From Salinimicrobium sp. (GTDB lineage: Archaea; Thermoplasmatota; Poseidoniia; Poseidoniales; Poseidoniaceae), in NCBI GenBank assembly GCA_964228865.1, contig CAXRAI010000016.1, forward strand, positions 54,440-118,439: a stretch of DNA of 64,000 bases, in the 5' to 3' direction. A model generated the notes under the pieces. That model did no database searches. It was not told where the DNA came from and saw only the letters and a list, made by a program, of their open reading frames with translations. The translations under genes were made by a program, and so were the position numbers. Within the stretch, counting starts at the first letter, position 1. Every line of letters starts with the position of its first letter. This document shows positions 1-14,900 of this stretch, in pieces.

Positions 1-1497
1 GGCCGCCCGCGCCTCCTTCTTTGGCGACGTGAGCAAAGATTCGCTCATCCAGACGAAGGTCGTCCAGCCCCTCCGGATGGAGTTGGTAACGGCCATCTCC
101 GATCGGCGTCGCGGATTCAATGACCAAACGAACGTGGAGTTCTTCTCCATCCAGTCGGCCAAACGTGGCGCCTGAATGCGTCACGAGGGTCGATTCTGGA
201 ACACCGGGATGCGCGACGTCCCACAGTTGCGCCAACCGCTCATCGATGAGACCGTCCAAATCCAAGGCACCGTCCTGCTGAACGGCGGTGGAGGCAGAAA
301 TGAGGGGGTTGAAGACGCCACCAAGAAGGATGAGCACAAGCCCTGGGACGCTCAGGCCCCAGCGAAGCGAAATGGAGGTCGTGCGGCGCGTGAATTCGAG
401 CAAACCAAGGCACAGCAACATGAGGCCGGGGACAGCTCGCAATCCGCTTGGAGGGGCCGGCAGGGATTCTTCCGGGCCTGTCCCTTCCACCTGACCTCCT
501 CCGGAAGGGTAGAGCCCTTCCCCGGTGAATCCACTTGGATCCACCGGGCCCATGCCTTCGAAGCTGAGCAAGCCAGCCCACACATAGGGCTGGAAGCGAT
601 CGCTTTGCCCTTCGAGGCACAAGGTGGCCTCACCCTCCTGCAAGGCGCGCCAGCGGTAGCGGGTGAGGGTCCCGTCGTCGTCGGCCACCACCTCCACCTC
701 CGGCGTCGGTGCCATGAGACCGGTGGAGAGGCGGAGTTCCGGTTGCGTGGACTGCTGCTGAAGTTCCAAGGGAACAGCATCCCATGTGATGAGAACACGG
801 AGGACTTCGTGGGTCTCGATGTTGAACCGGAAGCAATCGGATTCGCTGCCGACCAAAGCACCGTCGTGAGCACTTTCAAACTCAACCGAGGCCGGTGAAC
901 TGCGTGAGCTTGGCTCATCGATGTCAGCGGCATCGGGGTCGGCCGACCAAGCAACGTCCATCTCGAACGTAGAATCCCCGTACAGATGAAGGGTCCATGT
1001 GGCGGGTCGGTCAACGGAAAAACTGAGCAACAGCCGGGCGCCGTCGCCTGGCCACATCACGCGCCCTTCATCCAAGTCCAAGGCCACCTCATCCTCGCTG
1101 TAGGCGGGCCAACTGCTGCCGTCTTCTGCTGCCATGGTCCACGACGTGGATCCACTCCCATGGACCAAGGTCATGGTCACATCTGGCCATGAAAGCCGTG
1201 TCGGGTCGTCGTCAAATCGAAGATCAACCTCCACGTCCGTCAACCGTTCTGGCAGCAAGGCCAGTTCATCCTGAGCGGGATAGAGTTCGAATTCGAGGAG
1301 CACGCGTTCTGGTGCAAAAGGCGTGCCTTGGCTCTGGCCGGAGACCTCGTCTTCACCAGAGGGCACGGTCGTCAGCCGGCAATCGCCCTCGGCCAAACAA
1401 GACAAATGTTGCACGTCGTCCTCCATTTGGAACCCGGCCGAAGCCAAGGGAAGGCTGAGCACCGCCACCATGGCGACCACAAGAAGAGCCAGCCTCA
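1..1497 (-). CDS. Secreted hypothetical protein, 3' end truncated by the window edge. The N-terminus MRLALLVVAMVAVLSLPLASAGFQ is a Sec signal peptide and there is an internal hydrophobic segment VPGLVLILLGGVF.
   Basis: Manual minus-strand translation from the ATG at 1497 gives an uninterrupted frame down to position 1, about 499 codons. It is absent from the ORF track because no in-frame stop lies inside the window. The N-terminal h-region plus the AxA-like cleavage context support export. Confidence 0.5.
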
Positions 1498-2118
1498 TGC
1501 GTCCACCCCTTTGGCGGGCATGTCCTGGAGCACCTGCCCGCAACGCCGGCAGATGTAACGCCCATTGGCGCGGCGCTGTCGCGCATGCTTGACGTCGCAG
1601 GCTGGGCACGTCCACCACCACCGTGCAGAGGCCATGTGGAGCATGTGAGCAAAGGCTTCCGCACCCTCATCTTCGGAGGGACTCGGCCAGGCCGCTTCCC
1701 ATCGCCGGAAGGTGGCGTCGTGCCAACGATGCCCGGTGGCGTGGATGAGTTCGTGATGAAGCACGAAACGCGCATAGGGCCACCAGGTGGCGTCAAGCAA
1801 CCTCGGATGCAAGTCAATGACGCGGACCTCGTGCGGCTCAAGCCGATTGAGACGAGCGCCACGGACCCAGCGCGTGACCCCATGACGACGAACCGTCCCA
1901 CGGCGGAGCACACCGAGCGGAATACTTCGAAGTTGAGCAAGGTCATGGCCTTGCCACTCTGCCATGGCGCCCATGCCATCGAACACCTCGGCTTGGAGCA
2001 CCTCGAGCAGGCGAGTTTGCTCCGGAGTTGGGCGCAAGCAAACACCCCTCACGACCAACGATGGTAGGCAGGATGGCCTTCCTTGACGGCGACAAACATG
2101 CCTTCGCCCTCTGCGCAC
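1495..2118 (-). CDS. SprT-like zinc metalloprotease-domain protein with a C-terminal zinc ribbon
   Basis: HHELIH is an HExxH motif, and CPAC...CRRC forms a four-Cys ribbon at the C-terminus. The first codon is GTG, and an internal ATG (MGAMAEWQ, about position 1974) is the more likely start. The stop overlaps the downstream secreted-protein gene start at 1497 by 3 nt. Confidence 0.5.
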   Translation of the reverse strand: MRRGRRHVCRRQGRPSCLPSLVVRGVCLRPTPEQTRLLEVLQAEVFDGMGAMAEWQGHDLAQLRSIPLGVLRRGTVRRHGVTRWVRGARLNRLEPHEVRVIDLHPRLLDATWWPYARFVLHHELIHATGHRWHDATFRRWEAAWPSPSEDEGAEAFAHMLHMASARWWWTCPACDVKHARQRRANGRYICRRCGQVLQDMPAKGVDA

Positions 2119-2519
2119 CGCATTCCTTCGGCCTCAAGGGCCATGTCCACCCATGCTTTTCTTCCTTCGATCTTGGTCACGCGGGCCGTCACCCGCAAAT
2201 CCGTGTCCATCGGGGTGGGCCTCAACAAGCGGACGGTGTACGAGGCGGTCACGGTGCAAGGGACGTCTTCGGCAGCGCCAGCGTCCATCAACCCCACCGC
2301 TGCGGCCCAGTTGCCGTGGCAATCAAGCAAGGTACCGATGATGCCGCCGTTGACCATGCCCGGAAAGGCGTGGTGATGTGGCTCTGGGCGAAAGATGGCG
2401 ACCAATTCCTCGCCTTCGCGGTAGGAATTGATGCGAAGACCATGGGGGTTGGCCGGTCCGCAGCCGTAGCAGATTGATGTGGGGGCAAAGGTGCGTTGCA
2501 CACCCTCTTGCGAAGCCAT
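2049..2519 (-). CDS. PaaI-type hotdog-fold acyl-CoA thioesterase
   Basis: Only the 3' ~157 codons of the 410-aa ORF 2049..3281 look genuine. The block HHHAFPGMVNGGIIGTLLDCHGNWAAAVG...VTARVTKIEGRKAWVDMALE is a typical 4HBT/PaaI signature. The upstream part of that ORF is antisense to the AstE-family gene. Confidence 0.55.
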   Translation of the reverse strand: MASQEGVQRTFAPTSICYGCGPANPHGLRINSYREGEELVAIFRPEPHHHAFPGMVNGGIIGTLLDCHGNWAAAVGLMDAGAAEDVPCTVTASYTVRLLRPTPMDTDLRVTARVTKIEGRKAWVDMALEAEGMRCAEGEGMFVAVKEGHPAYHRWS

Positions 2520-2744
2520 GCCAAGGCATGGAGAAGGGGGCCTTTCAGATGTACGCATCCCACCATTGATGAACGGCCTGTCCAAGGCAGAGGCGTGGCC
2601 GGTCAGAAGAAGCGGCGGGTCATCAAGACCGCGCACGAAATTCCGAAGCGCCGCAAGCGTGCCATCGAGGAGGCCTTGGCCGCCCACGAACCCAGCAACA
2701 ACCCGGAGTGGGACCGTGGAGCGGAGTGGGGGCCGCTCCGTTTC

Positions 2745-3923
2745 ATGCGAAAACGGATCGCTCCAGGGACCTTCCGAACGGTGCATGTGCCGTTGCTGAA
2801 CGTCAGCATGGGCGACCAATGGCCCATCCCGGTCACGGTCTTTCACGGCAAGAGGCCGGGGCCGACCATCAACGTCCTCGGTGCGGTTCATGGCGACGAA
2901 CTGACCGGACCAAGCGCCTGCACGCACCTGCTTTCCACGAAATTCACCGAGCCGGGAGGCGCGCTCGATCCTTCCAACATGGCGGGGACCGTCCGCATCA
3001 TCCCCGTGGTCAACCTCCCCGGTTTTCGCGCCAAGTCCCGTTACCTCCCCGACGGACGTGACCTGAACCGAAGCTTCCCAGGTTCGCCAACCTCGAACAC
3101 CACGCGCCGGGTGGCCCATCAACTCTGGACCACCCTGATGGAGGATGCAGACGCCATCATCGATTTTCACACCGCGGCCAAAGGCCGCTCGAACATGCCG
3201 CAACTGCGCGTTGACCTCGCCCACCCGTCCTCCTATCTTCTCGCCAAGGCCTTCGGTGCCGAGGTGGTGTTGGACTCCCAACCCCCGCGCGGTAGCCTAA
3301 GGCGGGCGGCCAACGAGGAAGGAATCCCCTGCATCACCTACGAAGGCGGGGCAGCGGACACCTTGGAGCAATCCGCGGTCAAGGTCGCCTTCGAAGGCAC
3401 GCTCAATGTGCTTCGCTCCCTGAAGATGGTCCCCGGACGGCCGACTCGGCCTGCGTTCCGCTTGCTGGCCTCAGGCTCTCGCTGGCTCAGGGCCAGCGAA
3501 GGCGGCCTGCTGGACGTTTTCGTCCGTGAAGGGACCATGATGCGTGAGGGCGAGGTCGTGGCCACGATCTCAGACCCGGGCTCTCCCGGGATGTCCGTGG
3601 ACATCGTGGCGCCCGAGGACGGGCTCATGATTTCCATCGCCACGAACCCCTTCGTGACCGCGGGCATGCCCGTAGGGCACTTCCTCCCTCTCAACAAACA
3701 CAGCGCTCTGGTCGAACGTCACGTCAACGAGGACGGGAGGCTTCAGATGACCGCCGCTGAGGGTGAACCGATCTGGCGAGAAGAGCAAGACGTCGAGGAA
3801 GTGACCGTCGAAGAGTCAACGTCGGAGGAAGCGGAATGGGTGGCCGCCGTCTTCGACCTCGAACATGAGGAGAAGGGCGAAGCCGACGGTGGCCCTGAGC
3901 CAAATCAGGAGCTTGACTCGTAA
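2745..3923 (+). CDS. Succinylglutamate desuccinylase/aspartoacylase (AstE/AspA, M14-like) family zinc hydrolase with an acidic C-terminal tail
   Basis: Motifs GAVHGDELTG (HxxE zinc ligands), RSFPG and IDFHTA match the family. The start was trimmed to the internal ATG at MRKRIAPGTF. The C-terminus is Glu-rich (EEVTVEESTSEEAEW...). Confidence 0.7.
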   Translation: MRKRIAPGTFRTVHVPLLNVSMGDQWPIPVTVFHGKRPGPTINVLGAVHGDELTGPSACTHLLSTKFTEPGGALDPSNMAGTVRIIPVVNLPGFRAKSRYLPDGRDLNRSFPGSPTSNTTRRVAHQLWTTLMEDADAIIDFHTAAKGRSNMPQLRVDLAHPSSYLLAKAFGAEVVLDSQPPRGSLRRAANEEGIPCITYEGGAADTLEQSAVKVAFEGTLNVLRSLKMVPGRPTRPAFRLLASGSRWLRASEGGLLDVFVREGTMMREGEVVATISDPGSPGMSVDIVAPEDGLMISIATNPFVTAGMPVGHFLPLNKHSALVERHVNEDGRLQMTAAEGEPIWREEQDVEEVTVEESTSEEAEWVAAVFDLEHEEKGEADGGPEPNQELDS

Positions 3924-5209
3924 GCGACGATGGCCGCTTCGACCTCGTCGTCTTCCATCAGACGACGCTGTGATTTTGCAACCTCAAACAGGTGCGCAAC
4001 GAGGTCATCGCTCGCTTCGCGACCCCGTTGCTCGAGCCAGTGGACGATGTTCGAGCGCCCGGCCATGTGACCAATACGAATCCGCTGTTGGAGGCCAAAA
4101 TCCCCGGCGGGAACGCCGCTATAGACACGGTCAGCTAGCCAATGGTCACCTTTGCGCATGGCCTTGATGACCGCAGAGGCGTGAACACCTGTGCCGGTCT
4201 CAAACGCATCGTCACCAAACACGGGGTAGTTGCGGGGCAAGGGCACACCGGTGTAGGCATGGGCCTTCTTCACGTACTCCCCAAGAAGGGTCAGATCGTT
4301 GTCGATGGCGCCCATGAGCTTCAGGTTCACCAAGGTCTGGTCAAGAGGTGCGTTGCCTGAACGTTCACCCAGTCCGAGCGCGGTACCGTGAATCACGTCG
4401 GCACCGGCTTGGACGGCAGCGAGGTTGTTGGCCACGCCGAGACCGCGGTCCTGATGGCCGTGCCAGTTGACCTCAATGTCTGAACGCCGGTAGCCTGCAT
4501 CCTTGATGACGTGCTCGTCGATGAAACCGAGGAGGCTGCGAACGCCGTCTGGCGTGACGTGCCCGCAGGTGTCGCACACGCAAAGGCGACGTACGCCGAG
4601 TTCGAGGGCGCGCTGATAGACGCCGATGATGTCCTCAGGCTTGGAACGGGTCGTGTCTTCGGTGACAAACATCACGGGGATGTCTTGCTCGACAGCGAAA
4701 CCAACCGCGCCTTCCATCGTATTGAGCAACTTCTCCATGGTCCAGTTTTCGGCGTACATGCGAATGGGGCTTGTGCCCAAGAACGCAGATGCCTGAATCT
4801 CCATGCCGTGCTTGGCCTGCAGATCGACCAAGGGCTCGATGTCAGACACCACGGTGCGGACCGCACAACCCGGACGTATGGTGTAGTCGTTTTCGCTGAT
4901 GTGGGTCAGCATCGCGTCGATGTGTTCGAGGTGGAATGGCCCCGCCCCAGGCAAGCCGAGGTCGACTTTCTGAAGGCCCAGGCGCTCCATGTAATCCAGC
5001 AATTCCTTCTTCTGCTCGATGGATGGATTCAGCGCGGAGGGGCTTTGCAAGCCGTCACGCAAGGTCTCGTCGTCAAACCAAATCTCGTGAGGATGACGGC
5101 TGGCATCGCGTGAAAACTCACCGTCAGAAACGTTCCAATCGTGAATGAGACGTGTTTCATCCATGCCTTCACCTCCCGTCGACGACGCGCGACGCGGTGT
5201 TTCCGCCAA
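3905..5209 (-). CDS. 2-isopropylmalate/homocitrate/citramalate synthase family (DRE-TIM metallolyase) enzyme
   Basis: IWFDDETLRDGLQSP and HGHQDRGLGVANNLAAVQAGADVIHGTALGLGERSGNAPL are the LeuA/NifV/CimA family signatures. There is no long LeuA regulatory domain, so the exact activity is unresolved. Confidence 0.8.
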   Translation of the reverse strand: MAETPRRASSTGGEGMDETRLIHDWNVSDGEFSRDASRHPHEIWFDDETLRDGLQSPSALNPSIEQKKELLDYMERLGLQKVDLGLPGAGPFHLEHIDAMLTHISENDYTIRPGCAVRTVVSDIEPLVDLQAKHGMEIQASAFLGTSPIRMYAENWTMEKLLNTMEGAVGFAVEQDIPVMFVTEDTTRSKPEDIIGVYQRALELGVRRLCVCDTCGHVTPDGVRSLLGFIDEHVIKDAGYRRSDIEVNWHGHQDRGLGVANNLAAVQAGADVIHGTALGLGERSGNAPLDQTLVNLKLMGAIDNDLTLLGEYVKKAHAYTGVPLPRNYPVFGDDAFETGTGVHASAVIKAMRKGDHWLADRVYSGVPAGDFGLQQRIRIGHMAGRSNIVHWLEQRGREASDDLVAHLFEVAKSQRRLMEDDEVEAAIVAYESSS

Positions 5210-5251
5210 CCCGCGGGAGGGTTTGAAGGCGTCGGAGGAACCACAGCCGTC

Positions 5252-10123
<4,872 letters not shown>

Positions 10124-10918
10124 ATGGCCGAACTCAAGGTATGTGTCTCATTGGAAAGCACGACCGTTGACGAGATGGTCGATGAAGCTGCCCGCGCGAA
10201 CCTTTCCGGGGCCGACATGGTCGAAATTCGGTTCGACCGGTTGTGGCTTGACAAACCCGAGCCCGAGATCGTGGAGGACGAAAACGGCCGCACACGGGAG
10301 GTCATGTCGCTTGAGAACACGTGGGCTGTGAACGATCTTGAGCACGTCGAGGTTGACGCCGCCCTGGACCGTTTGGTGGAAGGCATTCAATCCGAGGCGA
10401 TGTTCACCATCCGCAGTCAGACCCAAGGCGGATTTTTCCCAGGAACCGAGGACCAGCGCCTTGCCATCCTCGATGCTGCCCTCGGCCGAGGCATTCAGTG
10501 GGTTGACCTCGAAGAAAACATCGAGAGCGGCACCCGCGAAGGCCTCGTCGCCAAGGCTCGAGAGGCCGGCATCAGCATCGTGGTGAGTCGACATGAAGCC
10601 AGCACCCCTGGCGCCGAGGACATTGCGACGTGGGTCAAGGATTCCGCAGCCTACGGCGACCTCGTCAAGTTCTGCTCAATGATTTCCAACCCATCCGATG
10701 CCATTCAACTCGTTCAGGCCTCGATGGACCTCAAGGACGGCGAAGTGAAGTTCAGCATCATGGGCCTCGGCCCCGGTGGCGACTGGACACGCCTGCACGC
10801 TCCAGTGATGGGCCAGAGCCTGGTCTACGCCACCATGCGCACCGAGTATGCACTCAAAGACGAAGGCCGCATCAACGTGCGTGACGTTCGCGATGCGTGG
10901 CAGTTGCTCGAGTACTGA
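10124..10918 (+). CDS. aroD: 3-dehydroquinate dehydratase, type I
   Basis: VEIRFDRL, TIRSQTQGG, VDLE and the MGLGPGGDWTRLHAPVMGQSL block resemble the DHQase-I family. Confidence 0.7.
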   Translation: MAELKVCVSLESTTVDEMVDEAARANLSGADMVEIRFDRLWLDKPEPEIVEDENGRTREVMSLENTWAVNDLEHVEVDAALDRLVEGIQSEAMFTIRSQTQGGFFPGTEDQRLAILDAALGRGIQWVDLEENIESGTREGLVAKAREAGISIVVSRHEASTPGAEDIATWVKDSAAYGDLVKFCSMISNPSDAIQLVQASMDLKDGEVKFSIMGLGPGGDWTRLHAPVMGQSLVYATMRTEYALKDEGRINVRDVRDAWQLLEY

Positions 10919-11890
10919 TCAGGCCTCGACAGGATCCAGTCCAGCGTTCGAATAGCGGTGCTGAATGACGGCCGGCACGGCCACCATCCCACCAAGCAAG
11001 ACGATCAGCACCAGGGCCACGCTTGCCGGGGGCATGACAAAGGAGCGGGGCGTGGCAACCGCCGCCACATCAGCGTAGACCGCTGATTCCGGAGGCATTG
11101 CGTCCTTCCCGTGGCCGTTGTCCCACGTGTCAATGACGAGGTAGAAGTCTTCCCACATCTCGCCGCTGAACAAGGAACGGCTGACTTCGGCTTTGTCCAG
11201 ACTTAGGCTGAAGGACACTTCTTCCACGGACTCATAGGCGTGGACGTCGCGGTAAGTGGTCCACCCCATGGGGTCATAACGCCTCAATTCTGGTGCTCGA
11301 TCGGCAAGAAGGTCATCGATGTCGTCCCACCATCCATACGAACTGTGGGCGTTGTTGTACGATTGCTCGTAACGCTGGTATTCCGAGGTGGTCAAGAGGT
11401 AGACGTCGGCTTCAACCGGCAGGCGGTTTCCGTCTTCGTCGAGGTTGCCATAGAGCGTGACACAGAAGGTCATGCGATGCTCGGCAGAGAGGTTGAACCG
11501 ATAGGCGCCAACGCTGTCGTTTCCAACCGCCATGGTGGCCTGCATGGAGGTCCGCATTGGAGAGAGCGGCTGAGGGTACCGCCAATTGACCATCCAGTCC
11601 TCTTCAGGGTGGAGGGAGCTGTTGCGCGCGGTCTCACCGGTGGTGGCGTACTGTTGAGCACGCTGGTCTTCGTCCATGTACCAATCGTCGTAGTAGTTGT
11701 AAACGTTCCAAGGCACCAATGCGGCCCGGTCAACGGTCTTGTTCCAATCCGCATCCAGAAGGTCTGACCCGCATGCTTCACTTGCCGGGGCCGCAGCCAC
11801 GGGGACCGCGAGGAAGGCTGCGAGGCAGGGCGCCAAGAACAGCCAAACCCCCAAGGTGGCCGTCAGCGGGCGCCTCGGCGCGTCATCCAT
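10919..11890 (-). CDS. Secreted, membrane-anchored hypothetical protein with a signal peptide and a C-terminal TM helix
   Basis: The N-terminus LGVWLFLAPCLAAFLAVPVAAAPA is a signal peptide, and the C-terminus ASVALVLIVLLGGMVAVPAVIQHRY is a TM anchor. The protein is rich in W, Y and D. It lies immediately downstream of the giant PKD protease on the same strand. Confidence 0.55.
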   Translation of the reverse strand: MDDAPRRPLTATLGVWLFLAPCLAAFLAVPVAAAPASEACGSDLLDADWNKTVDRAALVPWNVYNYYDDWYMDEDQRAQQYATTGETARNSSLHPEEDWMVNWRYPQPLSPMRTSMQATMAVGNDSVGAYRFNLSAEHRMTFCVTLYGNLDEDGNRLPVEADVYLLTTSEYQRYEQSYNNAHSSYGWWDDIDDLLADRAPELRRYDPMGWTTYRDVHAYESVEEVSFSLSLDKAEVSRSLFSGEMWEDFYLVIDTWDNGHGKDAMPPESAVYADVAAVATPRSFVMPPASVALVLIVLLGGMVAVPAVIQHRYSNAGLDPVEA

Positions 11891-11928
11891 GCAACCGCCT
11901 CGCGCTCCCGGCCATTGAACCTGACCGT

Positions 11929-14900
11929 TCAGCGACGCCGCAACGGCCGGACGTAGCCGCTCGCTTCGTCCCTTCGTTCTTCCTTCCGCAGGATTCGAGG
12001 AGCAGGAGGTGCTCGGTGATCGTCGATACCTAGCATGCCATCGACCTCGACCCGCTCGACGTCCGCGTAGGCTTCTGCGTCCTTCGTGGCCGCTTCTTCG
12101 TCCTCAGTTGGCGCCCGCATCACCAGATAACCAAGCACCAAGGCCGCGATCACAAGTCCCAGGAAAAGGGCGGCATCGGCTCCAATGGAGCGCATCCAAG
12201 CGCTCCAATCTTCACGCGAAAATTCGGAAAGTGAAGGCGGGAGCGTGCTTTGGGGAGAGACGTCGATTTCGAGGTCCATGACCGCGCACTGATTCAGAGC
12301 ATCGCACGCCTCGATTCGAACGGTTCGACGACCGGCTTCGTCGTACACGGTCGCCACGCGATAGGTGTCCTCACGAACGGGTGCAACCCAGTCGTTGTCG
12401 GTCACGCCGTCACCGTCTGTGTCGACCTCAAGGTCGAGTTCCCACAAGGCTGCGATGCGTTGTTCAAGCAACACATCGCAATCCTCCATGGAGCCGTCGT
12501 TCACGTCCTCATCACGGCAGAGCGTTCCGTCTTTGTCCAGTTGTGCAAAGGTCACTTGCGCATCGATGATGGCATTGATGCCAGCGACGAACTCGTCAGG
12601 GATATCGATGAGCGTCACTTCTGGAGGCGCATCAATGACCACCGTAAACTGGGCCCGGGTCACGTCACCGGTCAGGTGCGCATCGCGGACGGTGAGGGTG
12701 ATCGTGTAGTTGCCCGGCTCAGCGTACGCGTGCCAAGGCGACGGCGTGTAGGACAAAGCCGAGCCGTCACCGAAATCCCAGACGTACTCCACCAGCCCGT
12801 TCCAGTCTTCAGAAGCTGGCTCCATTGGGACAAGCCTACCCTCGAAACGAGCATCGCCGTCACGCGTCCCGTCCGAATCGAAGTAAAGCAAGGTTCCCGG
12901 TGAAGCATGGACGGACCCGGCGTCGTCGAAGGTCCTCTTGAGGGTCACAACACCCACATCACCGTCGAACGGTGTGGTGACCTCGACAAGGCTGCCGTTC
13001 AACCACGCCTCGACGATGCGAACCTCGATGAGCGGCACGGGATTGATGACGTCGAAAGTTACGGTCCTCGGAGCGCTTTGGGCGCCGTCGGCGTCCGTGA
13101 CGACCAAGGTCACGCTCTGGATGCCGGGCGTGGCGAAGGTAAACCGGGGCTGAACCTCGGTTGAATTGCTACCGTCAGGGAAGGTCCAGTTGAAACTCAA
13201 GTCGTTTTGATCTCCGACCAACCCGTCCGGATCGGTGCTGTCTCGAGCGTTGAAGACGTAGGGAATATCGGGTTGGATGTCTGACGTCAAGAGGTCCAGC
13301 GTTTCGCTCGATGAGGCCTCACGAACGTTGAACGTCGCCGTAGGGCGTTGGTTTTCGACGATGACCTCCAACGTGGCCAACGATGTGCCGCCGTCATCGT
13401 CCACGACGGTGACCTCGACGGTGTAGGTGCCTGCACGCTCCCACGCCACGACCGGCTGTGCGCTGGTGGCCAAGACGGTGTTGAAATCGCTGGTGCGGTC
13501 CACGGTACCAGATCCGAGGTGGACACCGCCTGGGAAAGACCAGCTCCACGATTCAATGGTCCCGTCTTGGTCCTCAAACACAAGCGGCATCACCGTAGGC
13601 GTCTGGGTCACGGTCATGATGGGGCCGGCCTCAATCTGAACAGGAAGGCGGTTGTTGACCACGACGTCGACCGCCTTGGTGCCCATGTTGGCCCCGTCGG
13701 AAACGCTCAACACGAGCGTGAAGGTCTCGTTTTGTCCATCGATGTCGGTCCAAGCATGATTGGCACTGAACATGCCTGGGCCTTCGTCAACGGTACCGTC
13801 GCCCCAATCCCACGAATAGTTGAGGAAATTGGTCGGAACATTGTCCGTGGTCCGGCCTGCTGAAAACAGGATGCGCTGGTCCACCATGACGCTGATGGTA
13901 TCTCCAACGACCTGGTTGTTGATGGTGATGATCGGAATGGGGTCCGTGTTGTCGATGACCTCGATGGGCAACACGTCAACCTCGGACCACAGGCCCCCGA
14001 AATCCTTGACTTGGAGGGTCACGTTGTACAGGCCGATGGTTTCGTAACCTCGAACGGGGGACTTGAGCCCGCTTGTTTGGTTGTCGCCAAAGTCCCAGGC
14101 GTAGGCAACTGGCGGGTCGAGGTAGGGCAGCGTGTTGTTGACCAAGGAGAGGCCCCATGCGTCAAAACCGTCGCCGCTGAAAGCCACGTCATTCCAACTC
14201 AGGGTGAGGTTCGTCGAAACCGATCCGTTGGACACGGGGCGCATGTTGGCCACGGTCAGGGGTGCGCTGGTGGTCTCGTCGACGTTGTTTCCAAGCAGGT
14301 CACGCATGGTGAATTCGAAGGTGTACTGCCCGTCGGCGTTTGGCGTGAAGAACACCGACGTGCTCACGGGCTGACCACCGCCGGCCTCAACACGAGCGTC
14401 GAGGCGGTCCACGACGGCTCCCGTCCCGTCACGCACGGCGACATCGACGTCAAGGTCTTCGAAGAAGGCGTTTGAGAGCACGTCAAACTCGAGTTCCACC
14501 GTGTCGTCAAGGCCATCGCCATCGCGGTCTGAAGTGGTCACGTTTCCAGTGTCGATCGTCGCCGGAGCGGTGATTCGTGCCGCCTCAAGGTCGATGGTCC
14601 CCGTTGGGTAACTTGGACCGCAACTGGTGTAGTCGCAATCACCGATGCTGCTGGCCAGCCAAACGATCACCCACACCTCATCGGTGAGGTTTCCAAAGCC
14701 GGGAACAAGGGCCGTGGCCTGGGAGTTACTGAAGGTCAAATCGCTCACGGTGAGCAAGCCGTCCGAAGCAGCCTGCGTGACCACGACGCCGTCGAAGTCT
14801 GCACGATCTCCGGTCACGCGAAGGGTCAACGGCGCTGGAGAAGCGGAACCTGGTGTGAGCTTGAACGACCGGATGCCCCATCCTTCCATCGTGTGGCCCG

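Noticed and set aside
176-1014. ORF-track entries 176..898 (+), 352..1014 (-) and 240..620 (-)
   Set aside because: All lie within, and in other frames than, the long uninterrupted minus-strand frame 1..1497 that encodes a signal-peptide protein. Their translations are Arg/Pro-rich low-complexity sequence.
2049-3281. 410-aa minus-strand ORF
   Set aside because: Only the 3' ~157 codons, the PaaI-like thioesterase, look genuine. The 5' 250 codons are antisense to the AstE/AspA-family gene and have a junk-like composition. The feature was trimmed to the internal ATG.
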